DNA of 63,857 bases, counting the filler, from Octopus bimaculoides (lineage: Eukaryota), in assembly GCF_001194135.2 (NCBI RefSeq). It is 12 parts of 11 records of this genome, joined end to end, with 100 filler letters (N's around TTAATTAATTAA, not from the genome) between each part and the next. Parts side by side here need not be neighbours in the genome. Positions count along the whole stretch, not along the records: positions 1 to 15,753 come from NC_068991.1; positions 15,854 to 19,535 come from NC_069000.1; positions 19,636 to 26,640 come from NC_068988.1; 9 more parts are not named here. One strand, given 5' to 3'. Shown here in pieces: positions 12,952 to 23,186 of this stretch. How positions within the stretch are numbered: the stretch's first letter is position 1; each line of letters starts with the position of its first letter. The position numbers were made by a program, and so were the translations under genes. The notes below the pieces were generated by a model. The model did no database searches, was not told the DNA's origin, and was given only the letters and a program-made list of their open reading frames with translations.

Positions 12952-13112
12952 GGCGCATGGTTTAGTTGTCTGGGTGTTAGAAAGTGGTTGGTGTTAGGAA
13001 GGGCATCTATCCGTAGAAATCAAGCCAAAATAGACTATGGAACCTGATACGGTCTCTGGCTTTACAAGTTCTTGTCAAGCCGCCCAACCCATGCCAACAT
13101 GGAAAACGGACA
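12950..13112 (+). mobile_element. Probable SINE with RTE-derived 3' tail
   Basis: tRNA-like start aaggcgcatggtttagttg.. followed by ttaggaagggcatc..ccgtagaaa..caacccatgccaacatggaaaacggac, which is shared with the RTE 3' ends in this window. Confidence 0.55.
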
Positions 13113-14363
13113 CTCGTTGGCGAACATAAACACATAAAACGGCATACATTTCAACATAACCCCACACATTCATACAAAGACTTACCGGTATAAACTCACA
13201 GTTCTACAAACACACACACACGCTCGCACGCACACACACACACTCTCACATACATCTCTACACTCTAATACATATTATATAACACGTTGTATAAACACGG
13301 TCGCCTAGTTACTGCACTGACAACATGCACTGCAGCACTTACGTCACCACCACCATCATCACCACCACCACCACCACTGCCCTAACAAGAACAGTAACCA
13401 CAACAGACAAACGCCACAACTAACGCCACCACCACAAACGTGATCTCCTTCTAACGTCACCACCGCCAACATCGTAAATAACACCAACTAATCAAATTTA
13501 TCGATCAGTCGTATGTTGCAAATAGAAATATAAGAAGTGATGCTTAACGCCATCTAAACACGAGTGTTCCCTAGGAACCGACAATACTGCTGTTTTAACC
13601 CCAGTAAAACGCCTTTTCTGGCTGGTTATACAGTGCACGCTGCACAACATATATTGCAAATGGTGAGAGAACTCTCTGCTATTGTAGTCTCGAAACCACC
13701 AGACCGTACGGTTTCGACCTCTTTATGTTCACCTTCGGTGACGGATACTCGACTGCTAGACATAGCAGTTTTTCACTCCATCATGCAATATCTAGAAAAA
13801 TGAGAGACATACAGTTACTGATCTTGCAACAAGCAAACTACTTCCCAATATAAATACTGCTTTCATCTCTTATAGAGATTTTCTTGACTAGAACTGTAAG
13901 CCTTCACCGTATATTGACTACAGAAAATAGTTCAACGTTAGTTTCAAGTTTCGGGACAACGCCAGCAATGCTAGGAAGCAGATGGATAGTCGATTACATC
14001 GACCGTAGTGCTCAACTGCTACTTATCATATCGTCCCCGAAATGATGACTAGGAATGTTGACCTCGATGGAATTTGAATTCAGAACGTAAAGGCGGATGA
14101 AATGCCGCTATACCTTTTGCCCGGCGTGCTAACGCTTCTGCCAGCTCGCCACTTTATAAGCTGATTACAGTGCCGCGTTGAAGGTACCCGCAGCTGTTTC
14201 ACTTAATGTTGGTTTTTCCTGTTGAAGTGAGTGAACAAAGTGAGCGAAAGTGATATCTGTTATTCATTGTTTGTATTTGAGCATAAATATGCACAAGTGC
14301 AGATTGTAAGAGATGGATGTCGGATCAATTTAGAATTGCATCTTAGAGGACAGTTAGGTAGTA

Positions 14364-14404
<41 letters not shown>

Positions 14405-14544
14405 ACGCACGCATGCACGGTCACTTCTTGTTTCTCCTTTGCATATGGTAGCCGATACTTGTAGAGAAGCTGTGCAAGGTCCGCTATAGGGTTAGAAAAT
14501 TACTATTTGTAAATTTCACGAGAGAAATTCAGCAACAGTACTTT

Positions 14545-14883
14545 CGAGCAAAGATTGTTTGCCAACATAACATAGCAATCCTAGTTTAGGACGAATGTTG
14601 CTGTAGATCAGTGACTAGTTGCTATTTTGAAAACTATATATTTCGAACGGGAATTTGGCAGCGAACAATTATTCTGTGCTGATGAAGAGAAATAACCCAG
14701 GAATTGTGATACGCAGATATTGTTTTGAGCTGAGTGGGGGTGCTACATTCCCTTGTTCGAAAATATAAGGACACAGATCGTGTCGTATAGCCAGCTGGAG
14801 ACGATGTAACCTGCGGCTAAATTACAGCAACATTCGTCCTAAACCAGGACTTCCATGTTATGTTGGCAAACAATCTTTACTCG
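14545..14883. mobile_element. MITE with about 61-bp TIRs
   Basis: cgagcaaagattgtttgccaacataacatagcaatcctagtttaggacgaatgttgctgta pairs with tacagcaacattcgtcctaaaccaggacttccatgttatgttggcaaacaatctttactcg. Confidence 0.85.
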
Positions 14884-15045
14884 CTATAAGGTTATTACCC
14901 AGAAGNNNNNNNNNNAGGAAAGTTGAGTTCTATTTCGTCCTTTATTTTGGGGGGTACCAAAGTTAGATTTCTCATGAAGATTCTTCGTATTAAATTGGTA
15001 GTTTACTATTGTAAATATTTTTTTTTAATATGAAAATGTTACAAA

Positions 15046-15718
15046 TATAAGGTGTGTTAGAGCATTTATAGAACATGTATTCTATATAAACTCAGCAAAT
15101 ATTTAAAGATGGAGAAGAGATGTTAAAAGTTTTACAAAAGTTTTAATCTATGCATACGATCGTTTCGATTGTCAACACCAACATGTAAGAAACGGAAAAA
15201 ATTAAAAATTTATTTAACTATAATTATAATTAAATTAATTACATGTTACCATTCTCTTCAGTGCAAAAGAAGAATACATCAAAAAGAAAGTAACAGAAGA
15301 ATATCATATTGTTACAGAAGACTAGATGGAGTCAGTGTCACGTAACACATTCGGATATTCATAATATGATTATGAAAGGTGAAATATAAGAACGTACTTA
15401 GGTAGTCTGGAGTCTAGTTGTCTGGCATTGACTCCATCTAGTCTTCTGTAACAGTATAATATCGTTCTGTCATTTTCTTTTTCATGTATTCTTCTTTGAC
15501 ACTGAAGAGAATGGTAATATGAATTAATTTAATTATAAATATAATTAAATTAATTTTTACTTTTTTCCGTGTGTCTTACATGTTGGTGTTGCCATCGAAA
15601 CGATCGTATGCATGGATTAAATTTTTATAAAACTTTTAACATTTTCTCTTCTCCATATTTAATTGTTTGTTGAGTTTATATAGGATACGTGTTCTATAAA
15701 CGCTCATAACACACATTA

Positions 15719-15720
<2 letters not shown>
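15046..15720. mobile_element. Foldback element: about 295-bp inverted arms with 82-bp spacer
   Basis: 15046-15340 is an imperfect reverse complement of 15423-15720 (e.g. gcatacgatcgtttcgat / atcgaaacgatcgtatgc; ttacagaagactagatggagtca / tgactccatctagtcttctgtaa). Confidence 0.9.
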
Positions 15721-15753
<33 letters not shown>

Positions 15754-15797
15754 NNNNNNNNNNNNNNNNNNNNNNNNNNNNNNNNNNNNNNNNNNNN

Positions 15798-15809
15798 TTA
15801 ATTAATTAA
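15798..15809. other. Synthetic assembly spacer TTAATTAATTAA (stop codon in all six frames) inside 100-bp N gaps
   Basis: The identical palindromic 12-mer, flanked by 44 N each side where counted, also occurs at 19580, 26685, 29587, 33884, 40395, 43115, 45367, 48476, 55165 and 62578. Confidence 0.95.
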
Positions 15810-15853
15810 NNNNNNNNNNNNNNNNNNNNNNNNNNNNNNNNNNNNNNNNNNNN

Positions 15854-15995
15854 CACCATCATCATCATTATCATCATCACCACCACTACCATCCTCCCAC
15901 TCTTCCTCCTCCTCCTCCTCCTCCTTCTTCTTCTTCTTGTTCTTGTTCTTGTTCTTCTTCTTGTTCTTCTTCTTCTTCTTCTTCTTCTTCTTCTT

Positions 15996-16067
<72 letters not shown>
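15854..16067. repeat. Compound trinucleotide microsatellite (CAT)(CCT)(CTT)(TAT); representative of very many (TA), (CA), (TATG), (TATC), (TAC) and (TAT) tracts across the window
   Basis: Direct inspection. Other large tracts at 60-118, 920-1056, 2160-2298, 32790-32875, 52203-52292, 55221-55400 and 62880-63320. Confidence 0.98.
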
Positions 16068-16069
<2 letters not shown>

Positions 16070-16285
16070 GGCGGTCAGCTGGCAGGATCGTTAGCATGCC
16101 GGGCAAAATGCTTAGCGACATTTCGCCCATCCTTACGTTCTGAGTTCAAATTCCGCCGAGGTCAACTTTGCCTTTCATCCTTTCGGGGTCAATAAAATAT
16201 GTACCATTTGAGTACTGAGGTCAATGCAACTGATTAGTCCCCTCCCCCAAATTTCAAGCCATGTGCCTATAATAGAAAGAATTAT
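16068..16285 (+). mobile_element. tRNA-derived SINE family A, full copy flanked by (TAT)n
   Basis: aaggcggtcagctggcaggatcgttagc (A-box-like)..gagttcaaattccgccgagg (B-box-like)..gcctttcatcctttcggggtcaataaa..gtacc..ggggtc. Other copies at about 1057-1229, 6449-6665, 13950-14152 (minus), 24540-24645 and 29465-29522 (minus). Confidence 0.9.
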
Positions 16286-16857
16286 TGTTATTATTATTAT
16301 ACACACACACACACATTCATAAACATAGACGTTCTTCTGTCACATTCATGTACGAATAAAGCTAGAATGCGCTAGACAAGGAGTGATTCAACAAGTTCTA
16401 ATCAATCTAATCAAAGTATAGAATACACACACATAGAAGCACGCATGCGCGCGCGCAAACACGCACACAAAAACACATGCATATCTATCTTCTACATATA
16501 TATATATATAAAAACAAATAGTAAATGAGTATATGCGTATATACGTACAGGTATGTGCATACCGACATCCACCTGTATGTATAGGTGCATATCTGGGTAC
16601 AGGACATTGCAAACAAAACGTAGACGAGAAAACACACAAGCCACATAGAGAACATTCTTCTTCATCAGCTACCCTCGTTTTAACACCGGCGTTTCGAAGA
16701 GCTGGGCAGGACGCATCGCTAAAACGGCTCTTCCCATGGACCGCAAATTAAATTTGTATACACAAATTAAACCTTGCCATTGAGGAATGTAGTGGCGGAC
16801 AAAAAACAAGACAGGAAAACAAACAGAAAAGGCTATACGGCCAGACGGGAAAAATTA

Positions 16858-16899
<42 letters not shown>

Positions 16900-17949
16900 T
16901 TAAATATTTTCTACATGTCTACATATCAATCTATGTATTTATGTGTATGTATATGTGTGTGTATGTTTATACAGATATGTAGGCATATATACACACACAT
17001 ATATACATGCGTACTTGTGTATATAAGCAAACATACATACTTGGATATGTATACTTTAGCATCATATAATGATGTGTTTACTATGTATGTATGTACGTAT
17101 ATGTATGTGTATATAAATAAATATATGTATGATGCACATGCACGCACACACTCTCGTATAAACACACACACTCACACACTTGCACACACACACACACGCG
17201 CACACACACAAACTCACACACACGCTGACACACACACACACACACGCACACACTCTCCCTCTCTCACACACAAACATGTACGCAGAAAAATTATTCCAGG
17301 CTGGAAGACTTATCAAGGTTTGAGTGTAATATATTATAAGTTAATGCTGCCTCATGCTGACATACTTGCTGTCACCATATGTAGTGACAAGAAAATTCAT
17401 ATTGATATGGATTCCACATTAACGCAGTCATCATGTGACCTCTAACACCACGTGATACGTGACAGCTAGTTTAATGGTATAACAGAAGCGGAAGGAAAAA
17501 ATGCCGACTGACAGCTAATGGCTCCGTTGAGAAGTCGTACAAAATAATGTACGAACGTCTGAGGACGTATTTTAGTGGTATTTAATTTGTAGAATATTAG
17601 ATAATGGAAAATGGAATTTTGTATCATTAATGCTTCTCTCGAAGAGTACAAAACTGCTCCAGATTAAAATTGATATAAATTGTGTGTTGTGTATAAACAC
17701 ATACAAGCGTGTATGTGTGCGCGCGCGTGTATGTGTGTGTATACATACATGCATGTGTTTTCTGATTCTATATTCCAAATTTTTCTTCAATGAACAAGAA
17801 ACAAGCTTCTTTCACTGGAATTTAGTCAGAGACAACTAAGGAGCTTATGCTAAAGACATTGCTTATGCTAAAGACATTGCTTGCATGCATGCCACTGCAT
17901 TTGTGAGTTGACGTTTTCACATTTATATATGTCTGTCTGTATGAATGCT

Positions 17950-19060
17950 AATAATGATTTCAAATTTTGGTACAAGGCCAGCAAGTTCAGAGGAAAAGAG
18001 GAAATCGATTACATCGATCCCAGTACTCAAATGAAAAAAAGGCAAAGTTGATATCGGCGGAATTTGAACTCTGGACACTAAGACAGTCGAAATGCCGCGA
18101 AGTATTTTGTCCGGCGTGTTAACGAGTCTGCCAAACCGCCGCCTCTGTATGGGTACTAATATTGCATTCAAATTTTGGCTCAAGGCCAGCAATTCAGGGG
18201 AGGGGGATAGGTCGACTGGTACTTATTTTATTGACCCCGAAAGGATGAAAGGTAAAGTCAACCTCGGCGGAATTTGAACTCAGAGTTTGAAGACAGACGA
18301 AATTTTATCTTTAACATTGCTTTCAAGTTTTGGCACAAGGCCAGCAAACATGGAGGAAGGGTTAAGCTGATTACATTGACCCCCAGTGCTCAACTGCTAC
18401 TTACTTTATTGACCTCGAAAGGATGGAAGGCAAAGTCAATCCTGATGGTATTTGAACTCAGAATGTAAAGTCAGAAGAAACGCTGCTATGCATTTTCCCA
18501 GACGTGCTAACGATTCTNNNNNNNNNNGACTGGTACTTATTTTATTGACCCCGAAAGGATGAAAGGTAAAGTCAACCTCGACGGAATTGGAAATCAGAAC
18601 GTAAAAACGGACAAAATACCGCTAAGCATTATACCCGGCATGCTAACGATTCTGCCAGCTCGGCGCTCTATTTTTTAAATCTTTAATATTAACATTATGC
18701 GGAAGGCGGCGAGCTGGGAGAATCATTAACACGCCGGACAAAATGCTTAGTGGCATTTCGTCCGTTTTTACTTTCTGAGTTCAAATTCCATCGAGGTCGA
18801 CTTTTATCATTTCGGGCTCGATAAAACAAGTACCAGTTGATTCCTGAGGTCGATGTAATCGACTTATCTCCTCCTTCAAAATTGTTGGCCCTGAGCCAAA
18901 CTTTGAAACCAATATTAACATCATATAAGTAGACTTAGTCTTTCATCCTTTTGGTGTCGATAAAAATAAACACCAGTAAAACACTGGGGTCGATAAAATC
19001 GACTTTCCCCTTCCTCAGATATTGCTGCCTTACTGCCGAAATTTGAAACCAATATTAACA
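17950..19060. mobile_element. Family A SINE cluster: about 4 minus copies followed by 2 plus copies
   Basis: Minus copies at about 17955-18135, 18165-18300, 18315-18517 and 18530-18668. Plus copies at about 18705-18910 and 18935-19055. Confidence 0.85.
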
Positions 19061-20128
19061 CCTGGACGACTGATTTCTATTATTAAACACATTTTTCTTT
19101 TCAGTCTCCTTTATCATTACATGTTTGCATCTATATACACACATGTATCGTCATTTAAAAATTATTTGAAATGGCTGCTTTCTAAGAAATAAAGCAGGAT
19201 TGGAATTTGAGAGCAACATGAGTACAGAATTACATGTTTATCTGTTTCACATTTAGTCTGAACTTTCAGAATACCTGTGTAATGTTATTTGTCTTTGTTT
19301 TCCAAACTTCAACTTTAAACAACATTATCATCATCTTTTTAACTTTCACATGTTTCTTTCACAAGACTGTGGCCATCGATCCCAGTACATATTTTCTTTT
19401 TAAACCTGGCACTTATTCTAGCGGTCTCGTTTGCCGAATCGCTAAGTTACGGGGCATAAAGACACCAACACCGGCTGCCAGGTGTTGGTGGGAGACAAAC
19501 ACAGACACAACCCCTTCCATATATATATATATATANNNNNNNNNNNNNNNNNNNNNNNNNNNNNNNNNNNNNNNNNNNNTTAATTAATTAANNNNNNNNN
19601 NNNNNNNNNNNNNNNNNNNNNNNNNNNNNNNNNNNAAAAACACTACATAAAACATAAATGAAAACTGGCGCCCCCGTTTTAAAATAGATCCCAGTAGTTT
19701 ATTAAGACCGGTTCAGTGGTACGTTACTCTGGAGTTTCCACGGCCTCCAAAGAGACTTCCCTGGGGCAAATAATGCTTCTCATTTCATCCGCTCAGATTG
19801 AGGAGGGAATCTTCGGTTGTCACTACGACATACACGAGTTCATTTATTTCTTGTAGAGATGTTGCTACTTAATGTTTGCATCATAGAAGTCTCCCTTTGC
19901 ACATAAGGTCTGAACTAAAATTTTAAAAAATTACATATTTCCACTAAAAAAAAAAAAAAAGAATATAATTTGGTATTTGTGTTTCCTAAACTATCATTGG
20001 TCAAGAGGAATAAGTATTCTTCATAATACTATTTACTCTCAACCCCTCTTCTAATCTATGCAGTCTAGACAAACCATCCGCATGCCCTAGATTTTTTTAC
20101 GGTAAATATTCCATTTTGTAGTCATAAT

Positions 20129-21200
20129 TCAATAATGTAGTGCCCAATCGCTGTAGTCTATTGTGAGTGCAGGTATTCCTTTTTTAGAACAATATATTGA
20201 CAGTAATGGGCGATAATCCATTTGTAGGCAGAAACTTCTGCCATGAATAAATCTATGGAATTTTTTCTCACCGAATATGATTGCTAACGTTTCCTTTTCT
20301 ATCTGGCTATAGTTCCTTTCAGTTAGCAATAACGATCGTGACGCATGGGCTATAGTTCTTTTACTCCCATTGTCAATATTTGTGCAGAAGCGCGGCTCTT
20401 ACACCGTACTCACTTGCATCTGTAACCAATATATCCAACTTTGCATCAAAATGCGTTAACAATAAGTCCGCTGTTAAAATGCTTTTTAACTCGTCAAGTG
20501 CCTCTTGGCACTTATCAGTCCAACACCATTTTGTATTTTTCTTTAACAGATCATTGAGCGGGGCCCTTAAATTATGTATATTGGGAATGTAAATTTGATA
20601 ACAATTTATTAAGCCCAAGAATGCTTGCACCATAGTCACGTTATTCGGCATGGGTATATATTTTTTTATCTTAGTTGCTCTGGACGGATCCGGTTTCCGT
20701 CTGTTTTTACCCATTATCTGGCCCAAGTATATTTTTCATGAAGAACTCGCATTTTTTATTCCGTTAGCTTGAAACCGTATTCTCTAATCTTCTCGAATAC
20801 TCTTTTAACGTGTTCTACATGTTGTTCATGTGGTTAGCTTTTTATTAGAATATCGTCAAAATAGGCGAAAGCAAAAATCACAGCCACTCAGCGTTGTATC
20901 CATTATTTGCTGAAATATGGAAGTAGCTACTTTTACACCGAAGGGAAACCGCTTAAATTTAAATAAGTCACGGTGTGTATTGATAGTTAATAAGTGTGAA
21001 CATTCTTCTTCTACTTAGATTTGTAGATATGCCTCGGAGAGGTCTAATTTCGAGAAGAATTTTCCTCCATTCAATTTTACATAGATCGTAGGTGCTGCCC
21101 AGTCTGAGTGGTCCATCTTCTCGATAATTCCTAGGCTTTCAAGTCTTCCAAGTTCCTTGTTTACCTGGTCTATTGCCGCAAACGGTACATTCAGTTTTGG
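20129..21200 (-). mobile_element. Ty3/Gypsy LTR retrotransposon pol relic (RT, connection, RNase H), pseudogenised
   Basis: Minus-strand translation gives FKPKLNVPFAAIDQVNKELGRLESLGIIEKMDHSDWAAP, FFSKLDLSEAYLQI*, FKRFPFGVK, AYFDDIL (YxDD at 20852-20863), FLGLINCY..LRAPLNDLLKK, TDASEYG and NYSQIEKETLAIIFG..TD-like YRPL. Stops and frameshifts are present. Confidence 0.95.
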
Positions 21201-21205
21201 CTTAA

Positions 21206-21207
<2 letters not shown>

Positions 21208-21246
<39 letters not shown>

Positions 21247-22042
21247 GATCGTCCCTTAGGACACCCCAAGATTGTTTCCACACGTTTTCCCCACTAATGT
21301 CGATCTTCCACAACGGTCCTCAGCTTCTTTACTCCTTCCATACCAATATCCTCCAGCAAGTTGTCGATATAGGTCGTCTTCTTCCTTCCTCTCCTGGTTC
21401 TTCCATCCGCTGGTTGCCAGAGCACTAGCTTGTTAGCAATTTCTTCGGTATGTCTGATGCAGTGTCTAGCTAGCCTCACCCTTCTATGCTGTATCTTCAA
21501 TGTTACTTTTGGTAGTCCCTGTATAAGTAAGTCGGCGTTTGTTGTATGACTTCCAGGAGACATTGAGTGCCATTTAAGCATCCTCGGATAACTGGGGTTC
21601 AACTGCATAGGCAAAGAAGTAGACGCTATCAAGCAGTAACAGTAACTGACTATGCTGATGTCCTGGCATTACTAACAGAGAGGACAAATCAGGCACAGGA
21701 GGTGCTGAGCATATTAGAGTAGGATTGTAATGTAACGCAAAGAAAACAGAGCTGCAAGTATTCAACCACGAAATGCCTGTGTCAGTGAAAGTGAGAGAGA
21801 TGGTAAGTCGCTGAAGGTAGCTGAAAATTTCAAACACTTTGGTGCGTGGACACAAAGTACTGAAAAAGATATCGTAGTAAGGAAAGCTCTTGCCTGGAGC
21901 GCATGTCATATACTGAGAAAGGTATGGAGTTCAAAGTTAGCAAAGAAATTGAATGTGAGGTTGTTTCTGGCAATAGTGGAGTCTGTTCTACACGGAGCTC
22001 AAACATGGACGCTCACTAAAGCATTGAAGAAGCAGCTGCTTT
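21208..22042 (-). mobile_element. RTE-group non-LTR retrotransposon, 5'-truncated and 5'-inverted, inserted in the Gypsy element
   Basis: Minus part (21208-about 21606) encodes QLNPSYPRML..LNVSWKS..RRVRLARHCIRHTEEIANKLVLWQPADGRTRRGRKKTTYIDNLLED and ends in a (TAGA)n tail. Plus part (about 21612-22042) encodes RSRRYQAVTVTDYADVLALL..ENFKHFGAW..HGAQTWTLTKALKKQL. TSD cttaaat at 21201-21207 and 22043-22049. Confidence 0.9.
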
Positions 22043-22049
22043 CTTAAAT

Positions 22050-22935
22050 ATAAACCCCCACGTGCAAAACATGTTGTTTTTTTTCCTGATTCTTGTCCTG
22101 CTTGAACTATATTTTAGTCCACACTTGATTTCTATTCTGCTTATTTGGCACTTTTTTCACTTGAGAACAATCTTTAAATTCAATTTTCTCTGTGTCGTGT
22201 CTTAAATTTACTGTTCTTTCGCACTCATCTGACCTTGTCGTAAGGTTACAGCTTGGTTTTGTTCCAGCTTAGCGTGAATTTTTGTTCTTGCTTCTGCGTC
22301 TTTTTCTGCAGTTAGTCCTTGAGTAAATATCAGGCACTTGAACATATCTGGCGTTAATCCGTCCAGCTTGAACTTTTCACATTCTCTGTTAACTCTACCA
22401 GCATATGCGATGTAGTCCTCCTCATTGACTTTTCTAAGTTCAAACATTTCCAACGTGTATTGTACAACGAGATTTTCTCTCTAAAAGTTTTACACAATAT
22501 GTCTATTTTATCTTCAACGTTTATGTCAAGATTTTTTCGGGAGTACGTAATTTCCGTAACGCTCATATTCTCCCGCTGCCAGTTTTCCTAAGATCAAACG
22601 CGTTTTAATATCGTGTACCAATCTTTGAACTCTTTATTAAACATTTGTTCGTATCTTCTATAGTAAACCTCGAAGTTAACTCTTTCGTCTGGTTCGTACT
22701 TAAACTCTGTTATCGAGCGCGCAACATAATCTGGTGAGAACATTTTTTCAGCATTTTCTGATGACTTACTGTTCATTAATTGTAGCATTTGTTGCTGTAA
22801 TAGTAATTGTTGTTGTTGCTGCTGTTGCTTCTGCTGTTGTTGCTTCTTCAGTTGTAGCTGCTGCTGTTGTTGTTCTTTCAGTTGTTGTTGTTGCTGTTTT
22901 TGCAACTCGAGCAAGCAGGCCAACAAATTTTCCAT
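22050..22935 (-). mobile_element. Ty3/Gypsy gag relic (poly-Gln N-terminus; Mag/K02A2.6-like), frameshifted
   Basis: ORFs 22594-22935, 22354-22566 and 22208-22453: SITEFKYEPDERVNFEVYYRRYEQMF, FREKISLYNTRWKCLNL, EDYIAYAGRVNRECEKFKLDGLTPDMFKCLIFTQGL..DAEARTKI..KLEQ. Same strand as, and upstream of, the RT relic. Ends in the start of a zinc knuckle (KTTCFARGG). Confidence 0.85.
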
Positions 22936-23028
22936 AATTTTCCGATTATTTTTTTACCGTAAGACTCTCACATAAAACTTTTGTGTGTTTCGTAACTCCT
23001 CGTTAGTTTGTTAATTCATCGCCGCTAC

Positions 23029-23186
23029 TGTTGTGATCTTTCATGTCGGATTGTTATAACGCCCGTTCCGGTATGGCAATATAGTTAGTAAGACCACGAC
23101 TATCTATGGCCGTCTGCTTCGTACTCTCTCTTTATACTGACCGACGTCACGTTATTTATAGCGACTAGCACATACCACTTATCACA
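23029..23186 (-). mobile_element. Putative short 5' LTR of the Gypsy element, followed by a PBS-like sequence
   Basis: On minus: TGTGAT...ATCACAACA (TG..CA, inverted ends), with an internal TATAAAAG, followed directly by GTAGCGGCGATGA, which resembles the TGGCGACGA PBS of Gypsy elements. No matching 3' LTR was found in the window. Confidence 0.6.

Noticed and set aside
15798-15809. Eleven identical TTAATTAATTAA palindromes (PacI-like) as a possible regulatory or recombination repeat
   Set aside because: Always centred in a 100-bp N gap and encode stops in all six frames. They are assembler/scaffolder spacers, so adjacency across them is not guaranteed.
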